A DNA stretch of 64,000 nucleotides from an uncultured virus (IMG/VR IMGVR_UViG_3300032323_001173) (IMGVR_UViG_3300032323_001173), one strand, 5' to 3'; positions 10,072 to 20,498 are shown, numbered from the stretch's first letter. Numbers and translations: made by a program. Notes: generated from the letters alone by a model not told the origin.

Positions 10072-10223
10072 CCACAGAACGCCTTATCCCTAAACCAACA
10101 GGAACTGTTGCAGACATAACCCGTGTATTGGGAACCATGGCGCACCGCCATAGGGAAACACAACCAGAAGTCAACCAGCCAACACGTGACACTGTTCCTG
10201 GGTCTGGCTCAGGAGATCAGTAA
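10068..10223 (+). CDS. Small hypothetical protein (51 aa, absent from the ORF track)
   Basis: ATG overlaps the upstream TGA; open to TAA 10221-10223; fills the gap. Confidence 0.5.
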   Translation: MTTERLIPKPTGTVADITRVLGTMAHRHRETQPEVNQPTRDTVPGSGSGDQ

Positions 10224-10230
10224 TTTGAAG

Positions 10231-10236
10231 TAAACT
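10231..10236 (+). promoter_or_regulatory. -10 element for a probable leaderless transcript
   Basis: TAAACT 6 nt before ATG 10243, no SD. Confidence 0.5.
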
Positions 10237-10242
10237 GTAAGC

Positions 10243-11055
10243 ATGACTATCTTCTCACAGCAGATTCTGGATGAGGTTACAGAAGTTGCACGGACGTATC
10301 TGCGGGACTTTCCTAAGTTCTTTCAGGTTTCTTTTGATGCAGTAGGTAGGACTTACGAGTTAGGTCACCCTAACATTGACCCTGATACGCTGTGGATTGC
10401 TAGTAATGTGGGAGCCTCAGTAAGCGAACTAACCACTGCTCAGTACTCACTAGACAGCCGTAACGGTATTCTCCGATTGGCTACCACCCCTGCTTCTAAT
10501 GCCAAGATCATGATTGAGGGATACCACTATGAGTGGGTGTCCCCACAAGATCTTGAGTTCTACGCCAAGCAGGCTATTAACCAACATACATTTAGTCTTG
10601 AGATCCCTCTTGAGAACATGGCTAAATTAATTATTGAGACTATTGGTATTGGGACTATTGTGGAAGCCCTCGGTGCTTTGATGTCTGAGTTTAGCCGTGA
10701 CATTGACGTCATGACCTCAGAGTCAATACATATTCCAGCCAGCCAACGTTTCCGAATGGTACAAAGCCTTCTTGCCTATTGGACTGGTCAATACGAGACA
10801 CAGGCTCGTGCCCTTAACATCGGTGTTGACAGAATTGAAATATTTAATCTACGACGTGTATCCCGTACGACCAATCGTTATGTCCCAATCTTTAAGGCTA
10901 GAGAACTTGGCGACTACGGTCCACACGAACGGGTATTCCCAAATGCCGATAAAGAAGTTATTCAATTAGAAGAAGCCCCAATTGATAACTTACGTGAGGA
11001 CGTATATGTGGACATGGAGCCTCAACAAGGCTACGTCAACAATACGTATTTTTAA
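10243..11055 (+). CDS. Head-tail adaptor/neck protein
   Basis: Position between head and sheath genes; 270 aa. Confidence 0.6.
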   Translation: MTIFSQQILDEVTEVARTYLRDFPKFFQVSFDAVGRTYELGHPNIDPDTLWIASNVGASVSELTTAQYSLDSRNGILRLATTPASNAKIMIEGYHYEWVSPQDLEFYAKQAINQHTFSLEIPLENMAKLIIETIGIGTIVEALGALMSEFSRDIDVMTSESIHIPASQRFRMVQSLLAYWTGQYETQARALNIGVDRIEIFNLRRVSRTTNRYVPIFKARELGDYGPHERVFPNADKEVIQLEEAPIDNLREDVYVDMEPQQGYVNNTYF

Positions 11056-11591
11056 TGGATCTTCGGCGTGAAGTAAGCCAGATCCGTCGCCACTATCGTG
11101 AGTACACGAGGAACTATGGCGAAACGGTGGTCTGGTTTGAATACCTTCCTCAAACTACCCCAGCCAGTGCAGGGTCACTTTATGACGATGTCTACGACGA
11201 AGGCTTAATTGGGTCTAACGGACGCAAATACAAGGCTGGTGTGACAATTCCAACCTTGCAGATTAGCGAACAAGAAGACCAAAAACGAGCCATCCCTGAA
11301 GGTCGTCAGCCCGTAGAACTTACTAACTTTGTGGCGTCCATTGAAGATTTTAGAAATGCTGGGGTGTCAGATCCTTTTGAATACCAAAAGCATTTAAATG
11401 ACATGTTTTTCTATGATGGTCGTTATTTTGCTATTGCTACCTACCGTGTGCGAGGACGTCTTCGTGATGACGTCATGGTCGTTGTTGAAGGTATTGAGGT
11501 TTACATCAACCAAGAAATGCCGTTTGATCCAGGTCCAGCGGCAATGGGTGTGCAAAACCTTCCATGGCCTACAACGTTGCCTACTATTTGA
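11055..11591 (+). CDS. Head closure/neck protein
   Basis: Synteny; beta-rich pattern with D.FFYDGRYF. Confidence 0.55.
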   Translation: MDLRREVSQIRRHYREYTRNYGETVVWFEYLPQTTPASAGSLYDDVYDEGLIGSNGRKYKAGVTIPTLQISEQEDQKRAIPEGRQPVELTNFVASIEDFRNAGVSDPFEYQKHLNDMFFYDGRYFAIATYRVRGRLRDDVMVVVEGIEVYINQEMPFDPGPAAMGVQNLPWPTTLPTI

Positions 11592-11652
11592 TAAACTTAA
11601 ATCAATCTTGGTGAGCGCCAAGAGGTCACAACGCCTAGAACTAAGGACTGCC

Positions 11653-12048
11653 ATGAAGTCTTCTTCAAGCCATGCTTTCAAACGTTCTAGCCGCACCACG
11701 CATACTAATGGATTTGCCATCGGCACTAAAGCCGAAAGCATTGAAAAGAACTTTAATAAGTTAATTAGAAAAGCCGTTCAGCAAGCCGTTCAAAGCGAAC
11801 AGGCAATTATCCGCAAGCATCTGATAGAGATGGGTGAACGTGATTTAGCGTCATCAGTATTTGTTCGCTATGACGCTTCAAAAGAATCTTTTGTGTACGA
11901 TATAAAAGGAAACGCAAAAGCCGTACAGTCTGAATTTGGTGACCTGTCTGTTGCGCCTAAGGCTATTGTGCGCTCCTTTATCAATTCTAGAGAATCAGTT
12001 TTAAAAAACAAAATTAGTGACTACATTGCAAAGCAGTTTGATATATGA
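11653..12048 (+). CDS. Hypothetical neck-region protein
   Basis: SD AAGGA before ATG 11653; ATGA overlap with the next gene. Confidence 0.5.
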   Translation: MKSSSSHAFKRSSRTTHTNGFAIGTKAESIEKNFNKLIRKAVQQAVQSEQAIIRKHLIEMGERDLASSVFVRYDASKESFVYDIKGNAKAVQSEFGDLSVAPKAIVRSFINSRESVLKNKISDYIAKQFDI

Positions 12049-12683
12049 AGACTGGCTTTCTCTTTGCTGAAGATGAGGCGATCAAGGTTCGTTTCTCCAA
12101 CCTGACAGTATCTGACGACCGTAACCAACAACGACCTGTACAGGTATTCTTCCGTTACCCAGAAGGGGAGACTGAGCGCCAGTACCCTTTTGTCACGATT
12201 GAACTCATTGACATTGTCCATGCCAAAAACCGTCAACATTCAGAACTAGACCTAGACACTAACCGTGCAGGACGTCCTAATAATCTTGATTACTGGCCTA
12301 GCACCTCGTCGGCTAGTTCCCCCTCTATTAATGCGGACTTTGACTTTTACAAGACAACTGAGTTCACACCAGTAGACCTTTTATACCAAGTTTCTACATT
12401 TACCAGAAGTGCTATTCACGATAGACAAATAACAAGTCAACTTCTTACAAACGTAGTCCCTTTCAAATACAGTTCAATCATGATTCCCGCCGATGGGACT
12501 TCACGACGTTTGGACCTTTTGGATTGGGTAACTGCGGACCTCCTTGACCCTGAGGCTGGTTACCGTAAGCGTATTTTCCGAAAGATCTACACACTACAAA
12601 TGACGTCGGAACTCCCAACGTCTGCACTAACTGGCCTCAAGAAAGTTCTGTCTGTATCAACTACACTTGAACAGACAAATTAA
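12045..12683 (+). CDS. Tail terminator/sheath stabiliser
   Basis: Directly upstream of the sheath; YPFVTIELID and P.DLLYQVST motifs. Confidence 0.6.
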   Translation: MKTGFLFAEDEAIKVRFSNLTVSDDRNQQRPVQVFFRYPEGETERQYPFVTIELIDIVHAKNRQHSELDLDTNRAGRPNNLDYWPSTSSASSPSINADFDFYKTTEFTPVDLLYQVSTFTRSAIHDRQITSQLLTNVVPFKYSSIMIPADGTSRRLDLLDWVTADLLDPEAGYRKRIFRKIYTLQMTSELPTSALTGLKKVLSVSTTLEQTN

Positions 12684-12720
12684 TTATTGAAACCCTGTCA
12701 CCCCTGATTTAGGAGTAAAA

Positions 12721-14298
12721 ATGGCATACGAACGCCCTGGAGTCTACGTACGTGAGACACCGTTTACGAGCAATGTACGAACACGCACCGCTAACACTGC
12801 CGCCGCTTTTGTGGGCACCGCAGAACGTGGTCCATCAGTTCCAACGATGGTCTCTTCGTGGAATGATTACAAGGCAAAGTTTGGAGAGTTGAAGCAAGGT
12901 TATGACCTTGGCTACGCTGTCTATCATTACTTTGCTAACGGCGGACGTGATGCTTTTGTATCACGAGTGCTTGACACTACCGCAGTAGCATCGGCATACA
13001 CGTTCCAAGGAACCTTGACTGGTGCATCAGCCGCTTCAACAATGTTTGTTCTTGAAGCCGCTTCAAAGGGTGCTTGGGGAGATAACCTTTCAATTTCTAT
13101 TTCATTTGATCCAAACACCTTGTCAAACCCAAACACGACTCCTACGGTTCAATCATCAACCTTGTTCTCACTGATTGTTAGTCAGACTCGTGGAAGCAGT
13201 GTTGTTGAAGTGGAACGTTGGCAAGAATTGTCGTTTGATGCTTCTGCTAGTCGTTACTTCAAGCAAGTTCTTGAACTTTATTCCTCGTATGTAAAAGTAC
13301 AGGGAACACCTGCAACCATTGCAAGTGGCGCAACGATTGCTATTTCTGGTGTAACCGCAGGTGATTATGTAACCTCGTTTAGCCTTACAGGTGGTTCTGA
13401 TGCGGTTAACGCAAGCGCAGTGAGCGCAGACACCGAATGGGCAACCGCTGTAACTAACTTGGACACGGTAACTGGTCCTTTGTTGATCAACCTTGTTGGT
13501 CAGACTTCAGACACCCGAGTTAACCAAGCATTGGGTTATGCGGCTGGTCGTGGTGATGCTTTTGTCATCATTGACTCGGCTCTTACAAGCACCACTAAGG
13601 GTGACGTGCAGACCGCAGTTTCGTCTTACAGCAGTACCAATGCTGGATTCGGCGCTGTGTACTTCCCAGCCTTGAAGATGTACGACCCAGCAAAGAGTGG
13701 TCCAACCGCTATCCGTGACACCTACGCAGGTGGCGCTGTTGCTGGAGCGTACGTTCGCTCGGAGAGCCTGCGTGGTGTTGCTAAAGCACCTGCGGGTTAC
13801 GCTCTCACTCTTCAAAATGTATTTGGATTGGTTACCACACTTAGTGATGCCGACCAAGGCGATTTGTACAGCACAAACAACGTCAACTGTTTGAAGACCA
13901 TTGCAGGTGGTGGAACCGTTATCAATGGTGCCCGTACCTTGGCAAAGACCCGCCCAGAGCGTTACATCACAGTACGCCGTACGTTGGGTTACCTCCGTAC
14001 GTTGCTTGATGCACAAACGCAGTTTGCGGTGTTTGAACCAAACGACACCCGCTTGTGGAACCAAATCAACGTGGCATTGTCCAGCGTACTTACCAGTTTC
14101 TGGGGTACTGGAAACCTTAAGGGTGCTAGTGCAACTGACGCCTTCTACGTAATTTGTAACGAAACAAACAATACACCTGCATCTATTGAAGATGGATACG
14201 TAAATATTGAGGTTGGTGTAGCACTGCTTTACCCAGCCGAATTCGTTGTTATCAACCTTACCCAATGGGCTGGCGGCAGTTCCATTGAAACTCTCTAA
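12721..14298 (+). CDS. Tail sheath protein
   Basis: Y.RPGVYVRE, AAFVG.AERGP, YFANGG, GVAKAPAG, FEPND..LW and PAEFVVI motifs. Confidence 0.95.
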   Translation: MAYERPGVYVRETPFTSNVRTRTANTAAAFVGTAERGPSVPTMVSSWNDYKAKFGELKQGYDLGYAVYHYFANGGRDAFVSRVLDTTAVASAYTFQGTLTGASAASTMFVLEAASKGAWGDNLSISISFDPNTLSNPNTTPTVQSSTLFSLIVSQTRGSSVVEVERWQELSFDASASRYFKQVLELYSSYVKVQGTPATIASGATIAISGVTAGDYVTSFSLTGGSDAVNASAVSADTEWATAVTNLDTVTGPLLINLVGQTSDTRVNQALGYAAGRGDAFVIIDSALTSTTKGDVQTAVSSYSSTNAGFGAVYFPALKMYDPAKSGPTAIRDTYAGGAVAGAYVRSESLRGVAKAPAGYALTLQNVFGLVTTLSDADQGDLYSTNNVNCLKTIAGGGTVINGARTLAKTRPERYITVRRTLGYLRTLLDAQTQFAVFEPNDTRLWNQINVALSSVLTSFWGTGNLKGASATDAFYVICNETNNTPASIEDGYVNIEVGVALLYPAEFVVINLTQWAGGSSIETL

Positions 14299-14317
14299 TC
14301 AAGGAGCAATATAAATC

Positions 14318-14959
14318 ATGGCAATTACACTACGTACCGACCCACTCAGAAACTTTAAATTCCGAGTTAGCATCCTTGCAAAAGATGGTGAGGGTAACCT
14401 CAAGACTGCTCTTACTGGCATTGACCAAATTGGTTTTGCCCAAGTAAGTGGTATCTCCGTAACTAACGAAGTTATCTCATACCGTGAAGGTGGGATGAAC
14501 ACCCACCCACACAAGATGGTTGCTCAGTCAGACTTCGCCCCTGTGTCTTTTGCACGTGGTGCTTTTGCTGGTCAAGACCAGTTGTGGTCATGGCAGAAGT
14601 TCATCCACGCTTTCTTGGGCGGTGGAACGGCTGGAGAGTCAGGACTTGCAACAGGTGACGGTAACTACCGTTGTGACATTTTGGTTCATGTTTATGATCA
14701 CCCACACACGGCTTCTGAAGTTCCTGGAACACCAGGATTGAAGTACCAATGGGACGGTGGCGTACAGAATCAAGACGTAGCAGTTCCTGGAAATGTTAAG
14801 TTTGCATTCCGTCTGTACAACGCATGGCCTGGCTCATACGCTTTGACTGACCTCAACGCTGGAGACAATGGTATCCTTATCCAGTCAATGACCGTACACC
14901 ATGAAGGTTTTAAACTAGCATGGAACGACGAAGACATTAGAGAACTCGCTACTTACTAA
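14318..14959 (+). CDS. Tail tube protein (T4 gp19-like)
   Basis: DPLRNFKFRV, GFAQVSG, YREGG and LYNAWP motifs. Confidence 0.9.
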   Translation: MAITLRTDPLRNFKFRVSILAKDGEGNLKTALTGIDQIGFAQVSGISVTNEVISYREGGMNTHPHKMVAQSDFAPVSFARGAFAGQDQLWSWQKFIHAFLGGGTAGESGLATGDGNYRCDILVHVYDHPHTASEVPGTPGLKYQWDGGVQNQDVAVPGNVKFAFRLYNAWPGSYALTDLNAGDNGILIQSMTVHHEGFKLAWNDEDIRELATY

Positions 14960-14983
14960 ACAACTACAAATTAGGAGCACAAT

Positions 14984-15766
14984 ATGGACGCCGCACAGCA
15001 GGCTGATCTACTTAACGCCGCCCTTGAAGGCAAAACACCTGAGATTAGAAAAGCACCTAACACGGTGGTTGAACTCATGTGTGGAATTTTCAATAAGGAC
15101 ACTAACTCGTGGGAAACCACGGCTACCGTTCGTGAACTTAATGGCTTTGATGAAGAGGCTCTAGCATCACTAGACAGTAAAAACATTGTTTACGCTGAAT
15201 ACATGTCGGCTTTGCTAAAGCGTGCCGTTATTTCTATTGGCTCCTTGACAGTTGTTGACCGCCCTACCATCATTGATGAACTCATCATTGGTGACCGTGA
15301 TCTTTTGTTTCTAGGAATTATTGAAGCAACTTATGGAAAAACCCGTGAGTACGAAGTTAAATGTCAATCATGTGAGGCATCAAACGACGTAATTGTGTCT
15401 TTAGATGAGTTTGAACGAAAGCAACCTAAGCAAGACCCACAGGTTCCTATGAAGTTCACACTGGCTAACGGTGAGGTTGTTGAACTTCGCCTACCTAGCG
15501 GTATGGATAGCCAAGTAACTTCTAAGAAGGCTAAGAACGTAGCGGAACAAAACACGTTGATCTTGGCACGTTGCTTGGTTAGTCCAAACGTTAAGAATAC
15601 CGTGGACTGGGCTAAAGGACTGGGTATTAAAGACCGCTCAATGATTATTAAGGCTTTGTTGGACAACCAACCTGGCCCGCAAATCGGGGAGGTGAATGCC
15701 CAGTGCGCCACGTGTGGAGAAGACTTAAACATCGTGCTTGATTGGGCATCCCTTTTATTTAGTTAA
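14984..15766 (+). CDS. Tail assembly chaperone / T4 gp26-like hub assembly protein
   Basis: RELNGFDEE, LIIGDRD and two CxxC pairs; between tube and tape measure. Confidence 0.75.
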   Translation: MDAAQQADLLNAALEGKTPEIRKAPNTVVELMCGIFNKDTNSWETTATVRELNGFDEEALASLDSKNIVYAEYMSALLKRAVISIGSLTVVDRPTIIDELIIGDRDLLFLGIIEATYGKTREYEVKCQSCEASNDVIVSLDEFERKQPKQDPQVPMKFTLANGEVVELRLPSGMDSQVTSKKAKNVAEQNTLILARCLVSPNVKNTVDWAKGLGIKDRSMIIKALLDNQPGPQIGEVNAQCATCGEDLNIVLDWASLLFS

Positions 15767-15908
15767 TCTCGTTCATATATACTGGGAATACGATCTGATA
15801 GCCACCGTTTACAAGGGCTTTACGCTCAGCGACATACAAAATATGACCATCCGTCAAAGGGATTTTTGGTCGTCTATGGGTAAATGGCGCAGTAAGTCTG
15901 GAGGTTAA
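15729..15908 (+). CDS. Probable frameshift extension of the tail chaperone (gpGT/gp51-like)
   Basis: Open +1 frame encoding YWEYDLIATVYKGFTLSDIQNMTIRQRDFW, with no well-placed start. Confidence 0.6.
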   Translation, partial: TSCLIGHPFYLVNLVHIYWEYDLIATVYKGFTLSDIQNMTIRQRDFWSSMGKWRSKSGG

Positions 15909-15913
15909 TCAGT

Positions 15914-18523
15914 ATGCCAGTAGATCCGTTTGGTGATTTTCAATCTAACGAAGAGTCCCTTGGTGGCTCTGGCATGGATTCAGTGTCGGCTGGAAGCCGA
16001 GCCTCTAGAGTTGATGGTTCGTCCATGGAGCGTCTTGGACGAAACCTTCGGAGAGTACGAGACACTCTAAGAGAAATTAGAGACATAACACGAGACACCA
16101 CAGGTGCGATAGATGACATGTCTAACGCAGGTAATGGTGGTGGTGGTTCTGGTAGGTGGGGTTCTAACTTCCGTGGCAACTTCACCAGTATGCGCTCTGA
16201 CATGGGCGCTGGTATGCGGGCAGGGGTGGCTTCAGGTAAATCGCCAATGGCTGGCGCCGAACTGGCTATGTCCGCTGTCAGTGGAGTGGTTAGTGGTATT
16301 GACAACCGCACTAACGCCGTTTACGGTAAGTCTTTACAGACAGACCGTCTGGGTGTTCTGTACCAGCAGATGCACGGCATCTCCCAACAACAATACTTTA
16401 AAGGGTACCGTCAACCTCTACAGCAATACCGTTTAGGTGAAGGTGGTATTTCTACACTTCTTGGGTTTCAAGCACAAACAGGAATTAATGCTTTAAACCA
16501 AGCATCAGGTGTTGCAGGTATCCGAGCCGCTTCAGGATACTCATACAGCACCCAAGACGTAACGCAGATGATGCGTTCACTTGGTTCTGCTCAAGTAAAC
16601 AACCGTATGACCATGACTTTGGGAACAGGGTTGTATGGACGTGGTGGAAAACAAAACAACATCATGGGTGTGATGCAACAAATTGTTAAAGGCTCTGGAT
16701 TAACTAATCAAAAAATGGTTGAGTCTGGAATGCAGATGGGATCTATGACCCGTGCTCGTTTGACGGCTCTCGGTGTCCCTGAAGATATGCAAGACATGAT
16801 TTTGCAGTACGCCCAAGAGAACATCCAGTTCCAAAAAAAGACTGGTGGAAAGATGGGTATGTATGACCCATCTGAAAAAGGACAAAGAAAGATAATGGGT
16901 ATTGAAAAGAACTTCGCTACCCAACAAGAGGAAACTACTCGTGTATCTGAAAAACGTGATGAATCGTTTTACGGAAAGCAAGCAGACAACTTTGCGCAAC
17001 TTGAAAAGAACACACAAGGTGTGATTAAAGCATTTGAAAAACTTGAGAATGCTATGTCAGGTGCTATTGGTGCCCGCATAAGTACCCGTGGAAGTATGGC
17101 TATGCGTGCAGGAAAAGGATTACTGGGCGCTGGTATGTTAGCGGCTGGTATTGCTGGTGCGGGTACCCCGTTTGGTGTTCCTCTCATGATGCTGGGTGGA
17201 AGCATGGTTGGCAGTGCATTTACTGGACCAGGTGACCCAATGCCTACGGGTGACCCAATGCCTGGAAGTAAAGCATCCGTTGGGGTTAAGAATAATGTTG
17301 GTAAAGGTTCTGTAAACGGACTTAACGCTAACTTTAGAAAACGTGTTGAACAGATGATGGCGGATAACCCCAACGTTGGTATCAACGAAGGATTCCGATC
17401 AAGTAGTGAACAACGCAGATTGTTTACATCTAGGTACCGTCGCACAGATAAGGACACGGGAATCTTTTGGGGTGGTTCATTCTGGGAAAAGCAATCAGGT
17501 ATGGCTGATGCCGCACCTCCAGGATTATCAATGCACGAAATTGGTTTGGCGGCTGACCTTGCAGGAGATGTTAACTGGGTTGTAGAAAACGCTCATAAAT
17601 ATGGATTAAAGACTTTTAAGAACGTTGGTGAGCCTTGGCACATCCAGCCAGCGGAAGCCCCTGACACCCGAGCAGAGTATGAAGCGCAAGGAGCACCACT
17701 AGGACGTGTTCCAGGAGCGGCTCCATTTGACCGCACCGCACGCTTTAGTGGACGCACAGAGCACGGCATGGCTGACCGTATGAACAAAGCCTCAGCCACA
17801 TCACAAGCACGTGCAGGAGTAAAAGGTGGAGGTGGTGCAGGTGGAAAGCATGCCAAAAAAGCGGCAGGTAACTTTACACCAGCCGCAGTATCATCTAACC
17901 CAGTAGCCACTACAGGAACGTTCTCTGCCTTTATGGAAAAGGCATTAAGCCGAAAAGGATCTGCATATAAGTTTGCTGATGGTCGCACATCTAACCCTAA
18001 GCAATCTTATTTTGACTGTAGCGGTTTGGTTTATTGGGCTTCTAGCCAATCAGGTTATAAACCACCAAATGGTTGGGGTGACTTAACAGCCGTAGGTATG
18101 TATGACCTCATCTCAAGCAGTGGTACCACCATGACAATTGATGAAGCAATGGCTACTAAGGGCGCCCTTTTGTTTAGTGACAACCCTGAAACAAACCGAC
18201 GTGTAGACCACGTCGCAATCAGTCTTGGTGATGGAACCACAATGGAAGCCAAAGGTACTAATGCTGGTGTAGGTATCTTTCCAAAACGCAGTGGTTGGGA
18301 CTATGCAGGAACGCTCCCTGGAATGAAAACTGGTGACCCAATATCCCCTTCACGTGGTGGTGGAGATGGGGGCACATACGTTGGCGGTAGTACGATAACT
18401 ATCGCCCCACAGATTTATATTCAAAGCACGGGAAGCAACTCTACAGATGCCCATCGTGCGGCTAACGAAGTTGCCCGAATTATTACTAATGAATTAAAGA
18501 TTTCAGCATTGCGAGGAATGTAG
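15914..18523 (+). CDS. Tape measure protein with M15 peptidase and NlpC/P60 domains
   Basis: Helical G/M/A-rich N-half; SMHEIGLAADL...EPWHIQ (M15); FDCSGLV...HVAISLG (NlpC/P60). Confidence 0.85.
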   Translation: MPVDPFGDFQSNEESLGGSGMDSVSAGSRASRVDGSSMERLGRNLRRVRDTLREIRDITRDTTGAIDDMSNAGNGGGGSGRWGSNFRGNFTSMRSDMGAGMRAGVASGKSPMAGAELAMSAVSGVVSGIDNRTNAVYGKSLQTDRLGVLYQQMHGISQQQYFKGYRQPLQQYRLGEGGISTLLGFQAQTGINALNQASGVAGIRAASGYSYSTQDVTQMMRSLGSAQVNNRMTMTLGTGLYGRGGKQNNIMGVMQQIVKGSGLTNQKMVESGMQMGSMTRARLTALGVPEDMQDMILQYAQENIQFQKKTGGKMGMYDPSEKGQRKIMGIEKNFATQQEETTRVSEKRDESFYGKQADNFAQLEKNTQGVIKAFEKLENAMSGAIGARISTRGSMAMRAGKGLLGAGMLAAGIAGAGTPFGVPLMMLGGSMVGSAFTGPGDPMPTGDPMPGSKASVGVKNNVGKGSVNGLNANFRKRVEQMMADNPNVGINEGFRSSSEQRRLFTSRYRRTDKDTGIFWGGSFWEKQSGMADAAPPGLSMHEIGLAADLAGDVNWVVENAHKYGLKTFKNVGEPWHIQPAEAPDTRAEYEAQGAPLGRVPGAAPFDRTARFSGRTEHGMADRMNKASATSQARAGVKGGGGAGGKHAKKAAGNFTPAAVSSNPVATTGTFSAFMEKALSRKGSAYKFADGRTSNPKQSYFDCSGLVYWASSQSGYKPPNGWGDLTAVGMYDLISSSGTTMTIDEAMATKGALLFSDNPETNRRVDHVAISLGDGTTMEAKGTNAGVGIFPKRSGWDYAGTLPGMKTGDPISPSRGGGDGGTYVGGSTITIAPQIYIQSTGSNSTDAHRAANEVARIITNELKISALRGM

Positions 18524-18525
18524 TC

Positions 18526-20241
18526 ATGACGTATTCTCAAAATCAATTCTATAAAATTGGTGTATATGAAAAAGATGTAGGGATTAAAAATCCCGACTTC
18601 CGCAATGACCAAGATAACCCTAACTTTATTTGGCCTTCAAAAACTAATTTAAACGCTGTTACAGGGGTTGATAAAGAAATTAGTCGTGGTTACATGAGAC
18701 TAATCAGTACGGCTTTTGGTAAAGACTATACCGAGTTAGGTAAACGCCGTCTACACTTTCAATTTAATCCAGAGACCCTCTCACGTAACGTAACAGCACG
18801 TAATGACGTTCAGTTATGGATGAACCAAGACCCTATTCAATTTACTCAACCTATCCCAGGTGACGCTAACTTCAACTTTGAATTAATCTTTAATAGAGAG
18901 CACGAAGTTTCATCAGGAACATACAGGACTGCTAACGGTTCTGTTGTGGAGGGTAATACCAATTACTCTGCTATTAACAATGACACAGCGGGGACAGTCA
19001 ACTCAATATATGATCCTGCTTCGGTAACTCAAATTGGAGTATTGGCAGACATTGCTGTATTTGATCAAATTATTGGTCAGGGTATTAACAAAGACTTAAT
19101 TGATGCTTTAGCAAGTAAGGCAAAGAAAGATATTGATGCCTACAACGCTCAAAAGAAAAAAGAAGCAAAGTCACAGGGAGTAGACGTAGAAGACATTGAG
19201 GCTGTTATTCCTGGACAAGTAGAAGCAAGCGATACAAACATTGACAAAACACTAAAACTAGGCATAGGTAACTCTGCCTTTATTGTGTCTCAACCAATCC
19301 GTATTGTTTTTTCATCTCTATATATGGTTGAAGGTTTTATCACCAGCACTAACGTAACTTTTGATAAGTTTAATCCTTCTATGGTTCCCGTACAGTGTCG
19401 TATCGCTGTAAGTATGCAAGCCATGTACATTGGGTTTGCGGCTAAGAAAACATTCTTGTCTAACATTTATGAGGATGTGGCACAGACGGATTATGAGAAT
19501 GGTACGACAACTCCAGAAGGAAAAGCAGAGTTACCTGAACTACAAAAAGTTGGTCTGAACTTATGGGAAAAGATAATCAATGCTGGAACAGACCCCAGCG
19601 GATTAACCGAATACACAGCAAACCCTTATACAAAGGTGATGCAAAAAGATAAATTAACAGATGGTAAATCTATTGAATACAAAATAGCACTAAAACCTAC
19701 GGCCGCATTTAAAGATTGGGCAACAAAGTTTAGTGGTACTGGATCAGTTACAGCAACGTGTGAGTGGATTATTAAGTATTACGGAAGAAGTGCTTCGGGT
19801 ATCAGCAACACAATTGTTAATCCCAAACCAACAGGTACAGGTTTTGACGGCACTAAAAAACCAATAGTGTTTGCAAGACGAGCAGAATACACCGTAAGTC
19901 TTAAAGATGTTAGAGACAACAGGGACAGTTTAGAATTTAAATTTGATCGCCCTCAATACGCTATTACGTCATCTTCTAACCCTCCAAAACCAAACTACGG
20001 TGATTGGGATACAGATGAATTGGCTGTGTGGGAATCAATTATCAACATTACTTTTTCAATAGATGGTTCAAGTGCTACAAATGTTGAGTGTGACCAAATG
20101 ATTCAAGGAAAACAAACATCTCCTTGGAACTCAGCGGCTGGTGAAACTAATTATGAATTTCACCCACATGTAATGTGCAAAATAATACCTACTGGTGGTA
20201 AAGACTTTAAATTTGATTCTGCAAGTGAGGAGGCTGGCTGA
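18526..20241 (+). CDS. Tube initiator/baseplate-associated protein
   Basis: FQFNPETL and ITSTNVTFDKFN..MVP motifs of tube-initiator type; synteny. Confidence 0.6.
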   Translation: MTYSQNQFYKIGVYEKDVGIKNPDFRNDQDNPNFIWPSKTNLNAVTGVDKEISRGYMRLISTAFGKDYTELGKRRLHFQFNPETLSRNVTARNDVQLWMNQDPIQFTQPIPGDANFNFELIFNREHEVSSGTYRTANGSVVEGNTNYSAINNDTAGTVNSIYDPASVTQIGVLADIAVFDQIIGQGINKDLIDALASKAKKDIDAYNAQKKKEAKSQGVDVEDIEAVIPGQVEASDTNIDKTLKLGIGNSAFIVSQPIRIVFSSLYMVEGFITSTNVTFDKFNPSMVPVQCRIAVSMQAMYIGFAAKKTFLSNIYEDVAQTDYENGTTTPEGKAELPELQKVGLNLWEKIINAGTDPSGLTEYTANPYTKVMQKDKLTDGKSIEYKIALKPTAAFKDWATKFSGTGSVTATCEWIIKYYGRSASGISNTIVNPKPTGTGFDGTKKPIVFARRAEYTVSLKDVRDNRDSLEFKFDRPQYAITSSSNPPKPNYGDWDTDELAVWESIINITFSIDGSSATNVECDQMIQGKQTSPWNSAAGETNYEFHPHVMCKIIPTGGKDFKFDSASEEAG

Positions 20242-20243
20242 GC

Positions 20244-20498
20244 ATGGCTTTATATACATCGTCACGATACACAACTAGTTCTGACATTAACGGCAACGTT
20301 ATTGCATTGAAGAAGCCTCTATCAAGAGAGGTTACTTCATATACCCCATACGTAACTAAAGATGGCGACTCATTTACAGGGTTGGCATTACGTATTTTTA
20401 ATGACCCAACTCAATATTGGGTTATTGCTGATCTCAATCCTAAATTTGCATATGCAGATGCTATCCCAACAGGTTCGTTAATCCGACTACCGTCATGA
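20244..20498 (+). CDS. LysM/tail-X baseplate protein
   Basis: YVTKDGDSF..LA...DP..YWVIADLNP...G..IRLP. Confidence 0.85.
   Translation: MALYTSSRYTTSSDINGNVIALKKPLSREVTSYTPYVTKDGDSFTGLALRIFNDPTQYWVIADLNPKFAYADAIPTGSLIRLPS

Noticed and set aside
13507..14265. Long antisense ORFs (e.g. 13507-14265, 25666-26316, 36573-37097, 59290-59778)
   Set aside because: Shadows of well-supported genes on the opposite strand, with no motifs or SD
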